Below, piece after piece: positions 27,483 to 40,871 of a DNA stretch of 64,000 nt; within the stretch, counting starts at the first letter, position 1; each line of letters begins with the position of its first letter. The stretch is from Octopus bimaculoides. Taxonomy: Eukaryota. The translations under genes and the position numbers were made by a program. Under the pieces are notes generated by a model. That model ran no database searches. It saw only the letters and a list, made by a program, of their open reading frames with translations, and was not told the DNA's origin. The stretch lies in the NCBI RefSeq assembly GCF_001194135.2, contig NC_068992.1, positions 63,993,195-64,057,194 of the forward strand, given 5' to 3'.

Positions 27483-28024
27483 CTTATATATCATATATTA
27501 CAGTAAGTGAATGTTGTAGATGGAAACTGTGTGGAAGCCCATCATGTATATGACAGGCTTCTTTCAGTTCCCATCGACCAAATCCACACACAAGGTCCAG
27601 GGATATAGTGAAAGACACTGGTCCAAGACCACGTGATTGGAAAACAAGCTTCTTAACCACACAGCCACATCTGTGCCTGTAACTTTGAAATAATTTACTT
27701 TTAGCATTCAACTGAAAAGCAATTGCTCTAAAAATATACAATTTATCAAATTTACAAAACCAAACCGTCCATTCTGGTACTAAAACGAGAAATGCAAAAT
27801 ATTTGAAACGGAAAAAGCAAGCTACCATACTGACAGTAATGTAGGAAAATGAAAGAGTAAATAAAATCTGATTTGAGTATACACCTTAAGAAATAGATTA
27901 AAAAAAGGAAGAAAATAAGCAGCTTCTGAACTGACAACATACAATAACACTAGAGAACATTCTAGACTGTTGTCATGTGTTCTTTATTTATTTCTTATTT
28001 CTTGGCTTGTTTCTTTGCTTTTGT

Positions 28025-28099
<75 letters not shown>

Positions 28100-28254
28100 T
28101 CACTCACTCTCTCTCCATTACTATATTTCAAGCTTTATTTGATCTGAGTATCTACCACACTCCTGTTTAGTTGGTGCGGGGTCTCCTGCACCAAATAATA
28201 TCAAATTTGTTCCTGAATAAACTGAGAATCAAAATTCTATTTCATGAATAACAA

Positions 28255-28652
28255 TAATTCTTTTTACTATAGGCACAAGGTTTGGAATTTGGGGGGAGGG
28301 GGCTAGTTGATTCCTCTGCTCAACTGGTACTTATTTCATTGATGCCAAAAGGATGCAAGGCAAAGTTGACCTTGGCAGAATTTGAATTCAGAACATAAAG
28401 AGCTGGAAGAAATGCTGCTAAGTATTTTGCCCAGTGTGCAAACCATTCTACCAGCTGGCCACCTTATTAATAATGGTTTCAAGTTTTGGAATATGGTCAG
28501 CAAGTTTGGGGAGGGAGTAATTCAAATACATCAACCCCAGCACTCAACTGGTGCTTATTTTATTGACCCTGAGAGGAATGTGAAGACAGACAAAATGCTG
28601 CTAAGCATTCTGCCTGGCATGCTAATGATTCTACCAGCTTGCTGCCATCACC

Positions 28653-28691
<39 letters not shown>

Positions 28692-29100
28692 GTAATTCTT
28701 TCTAGAATAGGCACTAGGCCTGAGATTTGGCAGGGAAGGGCTAGTTGATTACAGTAATCCAAGTGCTCAACTAGTACTTATTCTGTCAACCTGAAAGGAT
28801 GAAAGACAAAGTCAACCTCAGCGACATTTGAATGCAAAATGTTAGGATGGAAGAAGTAATGCTAAGCATTTTGCACAGTATACTAATGATAATAAAAAAT
28901 AGTTTCAAATTGGGACACAAGGCCAGCAATTTTGGGAGAGGGAGCTAGTCGATTACATCAACCTCAGTGCTCAACTGGTACTCATTTTATTGACACCCAA
29001 AAGGCAACATCAACCTCAGCAGAATTTGAACTTGGAACATAAAGGCAAAAGAAATACCACTAAGCATTTTGCCCAGTTTGTTAATGATTCTGCCAGCTCA
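28255..29100 (-). mobile_element. Tandem cluster of four SINE family B copies
   Basis: Four consecutive family B units, each preceded on the + strand by AAT repeats. Confidence 0.8.
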
Positions 29101-31499
29101 CATCCTATCCAGTTGGATATTATGATATATTAAAAATTAATTACTTTAAGAATTATCAAGATATTTTTCTGAAACACAGTTGCTTGTAATATTCATGCCA
29201 TTCTGCAATAGCACTAACATGATTGAATTCATTTCAACTGGAAATAAAAATCATTTTGCAGAACCAGTACTGCAAAATAATAATAGTAATTTCTTATTTT
29301 GCCACAGAGGCAATGGACAAAGAGACATGGTTGCATTACAAAAGCAGTAGAGATTTACTCCGATTTAAATAGAGGAAAGGAAACAGGCATGAAAAACAAC
29401 AATGGTATAGCAATTAATGTCATGAAATATCCAAATAATGGGATAGTCAACTAAAGTTCAACCATGAACCACCATAGACACCAGATTACCATTATTGCTA
29501 AGGTAAGTGTACTCTCCCAGGGTTTTCTCCAACATGCAAATACATGTTAAGATAGACTCATTCACTTGAGCCATATTCACTAATCAACACTTTTCAGCAA
29601 ATGAAGGTGCCTGACTACAGGCACCTTCCTTTTGTAATATAGATACTAGACAGATGGGAAAATTGCTTTCTCTTGAAAGGCTAATCTGAAAAATTTTTTC
29701 ATCAGGTCTTTTTCTGAAAATGTCCATGCCATATGAGAATATTTGCCTTGCAGTTATGCAAACCTCTGACGTTGCACGTACCAAATATCCATCATTGCAA
29801 ATACCTTCAATGAGACAAACCTGAGAACTCCTTAAAGAGGAATCAGTATCTACAATGAACATATTTTTACCACACATCATGAAATAGCTTGAACTCAGAA
29901 GAGAAACCATAATTTCAAAGTTCAATCACCATGGAATTTGTTGCTAGAAAACTGTAATGAGAACAAGTCTAGTTTCTGTAATGGAATATAGATAATCTAA
30001 TCAACTCCAGTATATTATTGTTCCTGATATTATTGACCCTCTGGAAGATAAAATACAAGCCTGATTCTAATGGGATTCGAATTCAAAACCCAAGCAAAAG
30101 CAAGAAGACAATTAGGGAACATCAACATGATCAACATGCTACAAATAGCAATCAAATCTCACTCAAATCATACCCAACTGTCTTAAAGGAAATTATGAAA
30201 GGCATACATTGAATAATATAGTTCTAGCTATAATATATTTAAAAAGAAAAGCAAACATAGGAATATTTTTGGCACACCTTTTATCATACATCTGATCAAG
30301 ATTGACCTGGGGGCTAAATCAACAAAATTCAAAGTGTCTGAAGAACACTACCCCACCCCCTAAAAAAAAGAAAAGAAAAGGAAAACAGTGTTAGCGAAAG
30401 CAGTGCTGAAATAATAATGCTCGTTCTTTAAAAGAGAAACAACCCACTATCAAAGGATTGCAAGAAGAGAATAAAAGAAAGCTATGTTTTACTCGAAATT
30501 CTGCAATGTTGGCAGCACCAATGTTAATGTGGTCTTGAAAAGAGGCAGCCAAGTTGAAACAAAATTCACACCATAGCAATACAATAAAAACAATTCATTC
30601 ACAGATTATCCAAAACACTAAGTATTTCTTTCTTCTATCTATTATCATCATCATCATCATCATCATTATTATTATTATTATTATTGTTTCTAATTTAGGT
30701 ACAAGGCCAACAATTTGGGGAGAACACAGATAATTAAAAACAAAGTTGACTTCAGCAGGATTAACAGGCATTTGTTGTGGCTCTTTATGTTCTGAATTCA
30801 AATCCCGGTGAGATCAACTTTGCCCTTAATNNNNNNNNNNNNNNNNNNNNNNNNNNNNNNNNNNNNNNNNNNNNNNNNNNNNNNGTACCAGTTAAGTACT
30901 AGGGTAATTCAATAAACTAACCCCCTCCTTCAAACTTTCAGGCCTTGTGCCTATGTTATAAACAATTATTAACATTATTTTGATACCAGCAATTGTAAAT
31001 AATTGTAATATAATACAGTTGAGGAAAGTACTTAGCATTTCCATTAGAAAATATTTGTGGTATTAATAAAAAACAAAACAAAAACAATGAAAAATATATT
31101 TTGGCACCCACCACAGAAAAAGGAAAGAAAATTGGCATTTTTAAAACACACAAGATTCTGTTACTTCCTCACTGCTGGTAGAAATAATTATTAGTCTTTG
31201 GTTTTGATTTAGACACAAGGCCTGAAATTTTGAGGGGATGGGGAGTAGTCAGTACCATTGACCCCAGTACTTTTATTGATCCCCAGAGGGATGAAAGGCA
31301 AAGTTGATGTCCTCAGTAGGATTTGAACTTGAAACATAAAAAGTCAAGAAGAAAAACAACAAAACATTTTGCTGATGTGCTAATTAGTACCAGCCTGTCA
31401 TCTAACATAATAGTAAGTTCTTTATGAGCTACAAGAGTGACAAATGAGGTAAGTCACAAAGAGTTGAGGTAATAACCGAGAGTAAATTAAGACGTCCCA

Positions 31500-31700
31500 C
31501 AACTATGTAAATGTCCTTCAACGCTGCAAATGCCTTTTTCAGGCTAAGAAACACAAATGAAACTTTTGATTAGAACTATCAAACCACATCAGTCTTGCTG
31601 CTCTCATCAAGTTTCTCACTGTAAAAGTTTTTGAGTTTGGTCATAGAAGAGGCCAAGCTGATAGCATGGCCAAACCTATAGAGTTTATCTGGAAATGGTA
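31500..31700 (-). mobile_element. Degraded LINE RT fragment
   Basis: Minus frame FVFLSLKKAFAA resembles F.DL.KAFD.V. Confidence 0.35.
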
Positions 31701-34519
31701 ACACTCCCTTTTCTGTGAGAGCGTCAAGTCAGGGACTCTCAGAAGTTATCCATAATCCTTAACCTAAAAGTTCTCTTAAATAGTCTCCAGAAGGGACTAT
31801 ACAGATTGTTTTCATTATTGCCCAGAAATGTTCAGAGGTCAACATCACTAATACCCTCCATTAACCCTCTACAGATTGCTTGTGTGGACAGTCCACTATT
31901 TGCATTGCCTAGTGGGCAGCGAGCAACAAGCAAGATGCTAGGTGCTCAACCTCGGTCTGTGGGTGACTCGAGATTGCAGCTCTAAGAGGTGACTTTTGGA
32001 AAAACAAGCCTTGCAAATGACAACAACCATACCTATTCACCATCATCATTATCCAAGAATCTCTATAGAGGTCAGTCTCATATTCAGCTTTCAGTAATCA
32101 GCTCCCTGTCAGAAAAACAAAACCTATCAAGACTTACCAAACAGATTATATGAATTTATGATCCTCTGCTATCCCGATAAGCTAACCTAATAAAACTTAT
32201 CAAAATACAACTTAGGTCTGCTGCAGTTTCACTAGATTCATTATGTCACATCAACTAATTTTACACAATTCCTACATTCATCAAGATACCATTCCTATCT
32301 CCCACTAACATTAACAATTTAATATAAAATAAAATAAAACTGCATCAATAAATTAAACAAATAAATGAAAGAAAAATTAATGTCATCATTTAGAATATAG
32401 AGTAATTAAAAGCTGATGTTTTTAGAAAAATCACCTCTATTGGCCTATATAATCATTAAGTGACATTTGAAATTGTTCCAGAGAAATTGACAAATACATC
32501 AAAGAGGCAAGTACAGAAAAGGATGAAGAACTGATAGAATCTATAGAGAATTCAAAAGACAAAAAGAAGAAAAACAAAGATAACACCTAAGTAGATGTCA
32601 ATAAAACATTTTGATTGACCAGCCTTCAACCATAGTTCAAAAGGCAAACATAAACTGTCAAGAACCCTCACATTGGTTTTTAAGATCAGCCCTGAGGCTG
32701 GAGGTCCCCTGATATCAACACAAAGTCATTGTTTGCATATTTATACATCCTTTATCTTTTACTTATTTCAGTCTTTAGACTGCAGCCAAACAGGTGCACT
32801 GTCTTGAAGAACTTTTAGTCAAATAAATCAATCCCAGTACTAATTTTTTTTTGCTTTTTAAACCTGGTACTTATTCTATCATTCTCTTTTGCCAAACCAC
32901 TAAGTCACAGGGACGTAAGCACACCAATGCTGGTTGTCAAGGTGGTAGGGTACAAACATAGACACACACATGAACACACACACAGAGGCTTCTTTCAATT
33001 TCTGTCTACCATATTCACTCACAAGGGTTTGGTCGACCTGAGGCTATAGCAGAAGACACTTGCCCAAAGTACCACACAGTGAGATTGAACCCAGAACCAT
33101 GTGGTTGGGTGGCAAACCTCTTACCACACAGCCACACTCATGTAATAAGAAGTGTTTAAACAATAACATTGAGAAAAGGGTCAGCAGTGATGCCTGCATG
33201 ATGATGTAATAACAACAGTAAGACAATGAACCACACACCACCTCAAAGTGTCCAGTATCAGTAAAATCTTACACCAAGAGCCACAAACCACAAAGTTGAT
33301 AACTTGCTCCACTTGAAACTCTGCTAACAGTATAAAATGATTACAGAAAACATATGGTGCAAGTACACAAACACACGCACACACACACACTCTAAAAATG
33401 ACTAAGCTACGATAATATAAGACATGCTTGTAAATACTGACAAAGAAAATACAGGCATGGAATCACAGACAAATAGTGCTTCTTGTAAATATTTAATTCC
33501 TGACAGGTGAAAAAAAAATATTGCCTTGAAAAAGTTGGAGAAGCTAAATATAAAATCTTTGTTATAAAAATATTTAGAAAGTGAGAGTTGAGAAACAAAG
33601 TTGGTAACAGTAAGTGCACTGAAGCAACTTAATAGAAGAAAAATATAAAAATTAACAAAATACTTAGATTGTTCTAATTTTACGTTAGAAAATAATATTG
33701 TTACATACAAAAAAAATATTTCTCTCTAAAACAAGCTAATTAGACTGATGATCACATATGTATGAACCATAGCATCTGAGATTGAAACTGAAACAAACAA
33801 TATTTACCACCACCATCATCATCGTCATCATTTAACATCTGCTTTCCATGCTGGTATGGGTTGGATAGTTTGACAGGAGCTGGCAAGCCAGAAAACTGCA
33901 CCAAGCTCAACTGTCTACCTTGGCATGGGTTTCTACAGTTGGATGCCCTTCCTAACACCAAATTATTATTGTTTCATTATTATGAAATAATAATTTGTTT
34001 CTATGAGGTACAAAGCCACAAATTTGAGAAAAAAATCAAATTTTCCCAGTATTTGAATGGTACTTTTTATTGATGTCAGAAAGATGAGAGGTAAAGCTAA
34101 CATTGGTGCAATTTGAACTCAGAAATGTGAAAAACCAGAAGGTATTCTGTCTAAAATGCTCTAATGATTCAGCCATTGTGGTATAGCTGCTGGCCCTACC
34201 AACTCTTCTCAAAAAAGTTATATAGTTGATTGCATCCACGTAGTATTTGATTAACACTCAGAAAAATAAAAGGTAAAGTTTGTCCGGACAAAATAGTTAC
34301 TGACATTGGCACAAGGCTACACATTTCAGGAAACGGGTAGAGTTGGTTTATCAAACCTAAATCTTGACTGGTACTTCTTTTATTAATCTTACAGTAAAAA
34401 TAAACAATATTATTACTAAATAATAATAAACTAAACTACAGTGTTTCCAACTAGTCCTCTACATGTACACTATCTATACATACCAAGTGTAGAGCTACAC
34501 TCAGTTGATACCTTTAAAT

Positions 34520-34740
34520 GCACTACATTGTCCAATGACCCCTCATTGGGACCTTACATACATAACATTTAACAAGAGGTTAAACAACATTGCCAAAACA
34601 GTACCTCTAAAACCATTGTTTATCTTCAGGAGTACAAAACATTTCAGCTCTGATCAATTGCTGACTCTCTACAAAGCTCAAATAAGGACAACATTGGGGC
34701 AGCACTATTATATACCAACATGGAATAGGTAGTACTGTTG
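34520..34740 (+). mobile_element. LINE RT C-terminal relic (L2/CR1-like)
   Basis: KHFSSDQLLTLYKAQIRTTL matches the typical ...QLL.LYKAQIRP.LEY segment. Confidence 0.65.
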
Positions 34741-35359
34741 GAGCTACAATTACTGCATGTGCGCGCATGCACGCACACACAAGACCATAACCCACTCCAG
34801 AAAATCATCCAGCTGATTAGCAAAAATTCACTAATATACAAAAGTCAGCTCCCCTAAACTAATAATCTGCACGTTGCCTCCATCCAGGTCAGTCAGTAAC
34901 AAAGACAATTCTCAATTCATTAACCTTACTATGTCTAGCAATCCAAAAATCCTATTCTAAACATGACAGAACTACAGCCCAATAGAATTCCTATCTTCCC
35001 CACTCTTTTCTTCTACCGTCATCAATCTACAGAAATTCAGGCTCAATATAATGCCTTACCTAACTGGGAGGTCCTATAAAGGTCATAGAGGCAGTACATC
35101 TAAATAAATTATTTAAAAATAATAATAAATATCAGAAATTAGTACGTAAAATAAAGGACAGGCCTTTATAAATTAGCATAACCACCTGTTGATCAGTATG
35201 CATACACACATGTACATATGCACTAGACTCGAAAACAAACATAATTACAAACTTATATGCAGCGGGATCACAACCAATACTCTTTGATTGATTGTAATAT
35301 GGCACAAATAGAACACATTAACAGATAAACACACATACACAAACAAGATAATAAATCTA

Positions 35360-35575
35360 CCAACAAGGCATTATCATAGAAGATCTTTAATCAAAATGTG
35401 TTAATGGACATTGCATGTCCAGATAAAGAATTGAAAGCTTCACAATAGAAGTGGAATTGCATAAAGAATTCAAACAAAAACTGTACCTGTTATATAATAG
35501 GGTCTATCAAGAGAATTACCTTGGTATGCCAAAATGCAGCCCATGTTATCAGGATTACCTCTAACCAGTATCCCA
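35360..35575 (+). mobile_element. Degraded R4/Dong-type RLE domain fragment
   Basis: LMDIACP at 35401-35421 and KTVPVI further on match LIDIACP...KT..VPVIIG of RLE domains. Frameshifted. Confidence 0.45.
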
Positions 35576-36830
35576 ACGTGTGTGCATGTGTGTGTGTGAG
35601 AGGGAGAGAGAGAGAGATTTTTAAAGCAATATAAAAAAACAGCATACACACACATTTTTAGAGGGGCAGTGGACATGATCTTTGCATGGGAGACTGGCCT
35701 GGCCAAGACATCTGTAACTCAAATGTTTGCAGGAAACACTGAGTATAGAGGCAATATGTATTGTGGGGAATGGGGGCATCCAAATGCTTGCGATAAAATG
35801 AACTCTACTAAACATAATCCTGTTGGCTAGATGATGTTAAACAGAGCAACAAGTAGGCAGATATTCTATGGATGTCACCAACTCTTACCTGTTTCCAAGC
35901 AAGATCATATTTCCCCATGGCTAGACATGTTTTTCACATAAGATGAAAACAAGTAACATTGCTTGTAATGATTATGATGATGATGCTGGTTTACAACCAT
36001 CATGTGATGTCAAAACAAGGAAACATACACACATGCACATCAATATACATAATGGGCTTCTTTCAGTTTCCATATACCAAATCCACTGATAAAGCTTTAG
36101 TTAGCCTGGGGTTATAGTAAAAGACACTTTCCCAAGGTGTTGCACAGTGGGACTGAACCCAAGACCACATAAGAGCATGGTTGAGAGGCAAGTTTCTTAA
36201 CCATTTAGCCATGCTTGTGCCTTTGAGAAAATATGGCACGAATCAAAATCCAGTGAAAACTCACAAAAAGTAATATAAAAATTAAATAAACCTTTAAAGA
36301 TGAGATGTAGCAAAGTGAAAAGCACTTCTCAAATTACAATAAACATAGAAACACAAAGGAATTAGTGGGTGTGCACGTGTGTGTTTCAAGTCCACAAATA
36401 CATTTCATCAAGTATATTTTTCATGTATCAAAAGCCATTGAAATCTTGAAGTATTTTTCTTTAATGCATCCAATTCATGAGATAAAGACAATAGCATGAA
36501 ACCCTTCAGAGTGCATAGCAAATCAAAATGTTAACATCAATGTGAAATGACTCAATAATGTATAACTGTACAGAACTGTAAACTACACGCTACACGACCA
36601 ATCTAATAGAAAAAAAAGAAAAAAAAGGAAGATTAAATTGGAAGATATCTCATTTCTTTACGTGCTTCGCTATATAATAGCTAGTTATATATGCTATTAA
36701 AGCTTTCATAATTTATTCAATAACTAATGTATATTTGTATTTAGTGTGTGTGTGTGTATACAAATCATTCTATCCAATTTACTTAAGCCCCTGGTTACTA
36801 AGCTTACAAGCAGAATCTGTGGACAATTAA

Positions 36831-37030
36831 CCCTTTTGTCACCATACTGCTGTTGAAATACAGAGCCTTTGTTTCTTTATTTTGGAATTAATGAAAAATT
36901 TAATAAAATAGTTTTTAGAACATAAATTAACATGAAATTTTTATGGGAGGCTTTAACATAGACCATTTTAAAACAGGCAATTTGTAACATAGAACCAGAG
37001 GCAGTCTTGAGCAGGTTGGTACCAAAAGGG
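36831..37030. mobile_element. TTAA-flanked (piggyBac-type) MITE family 2. Copies also at 59060-59233 (opposite orientation) and 63242-63463
   Basis: TTAA-CCCTTTTGTCACCA ... TGGTACCAAAAGGG-TTAA (12/14 TIR match). The end block CATAGAACCAGAGGCAGT...GGTTGGTACCAAAAGGG is shared among copies. Confidence 0.8.
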
Positions 37031-38074
37031 TTAAAAGAGGTACTACATTGTCACAGTTACAAGTGAAATCGCAACACAGGATTAAAACAAGTCGATCTGA
37101 TCCCTTTTTTCTTTGTTCATGAAGATATCATATACGAACTATTACATTGTTATCTTCAAATTTGTTCCAGTCACAGGACTGCAGCCAACCTAGGGGACTG
37201 CCTTGAAGGATTTTAGTTGAATAAATCAACCCCAGTACTTATTTTTTTCTTTAAAGTCCGACACTTATTCTATCAACCCCTTTTGCTGAACCATTAAGTT
37301 ACAGGAATGTAAACAAACCGACACTGGTTGTCAAGTGGTGGAGGTGGACAAATACAGATATGTACACAGAAATACTTATATATGATGAGCTTCCACACAG
37401 TACCTATCTACCACATTCATATACAAAGCAGTGGTTGATCTGGTGCTATAGTAGAAAACACTTACCTAAGGTACTGCACAATAGAATTGAACCCATAACC
37501 ATGTAGTTACAAAGCAAAGCTTTTAAGCACACAACCATTCCATGTTTCTGTGTGTGTTTGATAATAAGTAGCCAGAAGACAAGTCATAAGTTATGAAGAT
37601 TAATCTGGAATTCCATTTATAAAGAATATCGCTGGTTATATTGGTGACCATGATTAATACTTCTCTCAAAGACTTAGCAAGAAACTAACAAGACTTGTGA
37701 AGATAAAAAGTGATTTATAGGTTTTTAATATAAACCCTCAACTCAAATATATTATTCAACTATATATTAGAAGCATATATCTTATGAACAGCATGAGGAT
37801 GGAAGATCACACTGCATTGACGTGATTTGTGCTCTAAATTAAAAGGCAGCTAAATTGATAACCTAAAGATATTTAGTGTATCTATATAGCCTTTATCTAT
37901 ACCAACTCAGCATCAACTGGTAATTCATTTCTTGAGTTCAAATATCGCCGAGGTCAACTATGCCCTTCATCTTTCAAAGATAATTACTAGTAATATAATG
38001 AAATTGTCTTGGATTATCTTTCAGAATTTCTAAAAATCTACCTATGTTGATTGTATCTTAATTTCAGGTAATTT

Positions 38075-39460
38075 TCAGTCACGGAGTTTTCGTAACTTTA
38101 TTTTGCCGAGAAAGCCCACGGAATTGTGTTTTGAGGAAACGATAAATATTTTGACAAATATTTTTATCGAGAAAAGTTCAGTTTAACATTCGATGAAAAT
38201 GTTTAAACTTAAAGAAAAACGAGTCAGATGATTTTGTGACATATGCTGGTATGGTTAACAAAGCTTGCGAAAGGTTCAAGTTGGAAGAATTAACGCCAGA
38301 TATGTTCGAGTGTTTAATATTCGTTAAAGGGCTAGTGGAACGGAAGACGTGGAAATTAGAAAAAGAATATTATCAAAGTTGAACCAAGATGTGAAACTCA
38401 CTTTGCAGAAAGTGGCTGAAGAATGCCAACAGATATTAAACCTTTGAGATGATACAAGGAAAACAGAAGACAAGAATAATGTACAAATGTGTAAAGAAAG
38501 TATACAAAGAAGGAAAAATTTAAATTCAAAACGGTGCTATGGCTGCGGAGTGTGACATTTGAGGAAAGATTGCCCCTTTAGAGATAAAACCCGTTTTAAG
38601 TATGGTAAAATTGGGCATATACAGACGAAATGCCAGTCAAAGAAAACGGTAAAACAAAAGAAAGTCTACTCAACAAAAGTAAATTATACCAGACAAAACC
38701 GAAAATTTGTGTTGCTAGAAATAAATGGGTTAGCGGAAAGATTCATTGACACATTCAAGAGAGCTTTAAGGAAAACCAGACGAGAAACCTTTGAAGATAC
38801 AAATATGACAAAGTTTTTGCAGGTGTATAGAATAACACCGAATCCAAATGCAGAGTCAGGTAGGTCACCCGCAGATTTGATGTTTTCCAGAAAAATTCGT
38901 TCTATTTTTGACAAATGGTTGCCGAGTAGGAAACAGGAAATAGAAAATTCGGGAAGAAAAACGAAACTTTTTATCACAGGTGACAAAGTGTATTTTAGAG
39001 TATATAGTAATGGAAAACAAGACTGGGAACAAGGAAGTATAACTGGACATCTGGGTAATGTGATGTACACAGTAAAAGGACCGAAATATGAACACAGAAG
39101 ACATTTAAACCAATTAAAAAAAAAAGATATACCAAAAACCAAGAGAGGCGAGAGGAACAAATGGATATATGGTATGATTTGTTTGAGGTCCCAGAACCAC
39201 AAGCGAAAGCGGAACCGACACGTAGGTCAAGTAGGAAGAGAAAACCTACAGAAATGATGGAAATAAATGTTAAGAGAAAAAGATATGCCAGTTTCTCACC
39301 GAGGAAATAAAATTGATGAATCCGTTTTCTTTTTTTTTTTAAGATATAAAAAAAAAAACTCAAAAGGGAGAGGTGTTGTGTCAACGCCCTCAGGCGAAGA
39401 AGTAGGATCTCCCAAGACATAGAGGTAGAGAATATATATGTCATTGTCACCATCATTTAA
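38075..39460 (+). mobile_element. Internally deleted Ty3/Gypsy LTR retrotransposon relic (gag, two CCHC knuckles, integrase C-terminal half, PPT, start of 3' LTR)
   Basis: gag-like DDFVTYAGMVNKACERFKLEELTPDMFECLIFVKGL. Knuckles CYGCGV*HLRKDC and the decayed RFKYGKIGHIQTKC. Integrase NGLAERFIDTFKRALRK...YRITPN...SPADLMFSRKIRS...GDKVYFR...RRHLNQL. PPT AAAAGGGAGAGG at 39362-39373 followed by TGTTGTG. No 5' LTR recognised. Confidence 0.9.
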
Positions 39461-40400
39461 CATATATATCATCATTTAACGTCCAGATTACATGATGGCA
39501 AGGGTTGGACTGTTTTTTGAGAAGAGTTGGTAGGGCCAGCAGCTATACCAGACTCTACTGCTTGTGTTGGCATAGTGTCTATGGCCGGATGCCCTTCTTA
39601 ATACCAACGATTTACAGTGTGTACTGGGTACCTTCTAAAGGTTGCAAAGTACATACTCCCGCACAGAAAGAAAAACATACACATATACAAGCGTATGTAG
39701 ACTCAAGAAATTGCAGCAAAAGAACCCGTCTGTAAGAGCAGTAACTGAGTAAAAAAGTTCTGGATTGGACACTCTAGTTCTAGCAGACAATTTCTCCGGG
39801 ACTGGTGGCATGATAAAATGCACCCCAACTATGCTATAAAAAGATCAGTATTCAAGAAGAACACTGAGTCATAAGAACCATGGTCCTCTCTCCACTATAC
39901 ATAACAACGAAGACAGGTAGTTCTCTCTATCGTGTGCATCAGATCCTTTTTACCCCCAGTTAGGTAAATATATTGTAATAATCTAAAACTGTTAGTGTTT
40001 AATTTGCAATTAGTCATGTAGCTAAATATGGCTACTGGAAATACTGTTTGAAAATTATTTAAGCAGGTGACGTTGCAAAAATGAAGAATAATTGATGAAA
40101 AAGTTTCCACAGATTTCCAACTATTTTTCCCAAGCTCCTATTCACATATACTTTCTCATGTGTGTGTGTGCTTAAGATCAACAAAAGAAAGAGAAAACTT
40201 CAACGAGATATACATGTTATTTTCAAGATATAAAGTTTATGCTAAACAGTTGGAATATTTTTAATGACTACAGCCAAAACAAAGCTATAATCCAATGCTT
40301 CACACTTCAAAGTGAAAAACAAAACAAACAATACATTAAAAACATGAATAAAAGAAATAAACACAATAGTGCTCCATTCATGAAGTAAATGGAGTGTGTG

Positions 40401-40452
<52 letters not shown>

Positions 40453-40871
40453 CAAAGCTGCTCTTTATTTCAAATGCAAGTATGTAATTGTACATCTGGT
40501 CAAATAATAGTTTTCTTTTTCTATAATAATGTTACAAAACTAATTTATTTGCTAGTAAGTGCAAAAGCAGAGAAAGATGCTTTGAAATTCGAAAGAATGA
40601 AAGAAAAATTGAACATATGAAATGACTTCTTTTTTCTTCTTTTTTTGTACTTTCATTCATGTGTGCTCTAATTTTAAATCCTGCCAATACTGACATGGCT
40701 TGTCAGTATCAACTCTTAACAAAGACTCTTGGCAAAAGTCATTGGTAGGAGTCAACAAGCTAAGTACCAAGCATCTGCTTGAGTCAACTCAATCTAACTT
40801 CCATTCACATCCAAAAAGATTTCTGACAATGTACAAAAATCATTATTATTATTATTATTGTTGTTTGGTTT

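Noticed and set aside
29584-29925. 113-aa minus ORF as a stand-alone gene
   Set aside because: No recognisable domain and the start is a non-ATG codon. Only an internal 39-nt segment is kept as a weak exon candidate.
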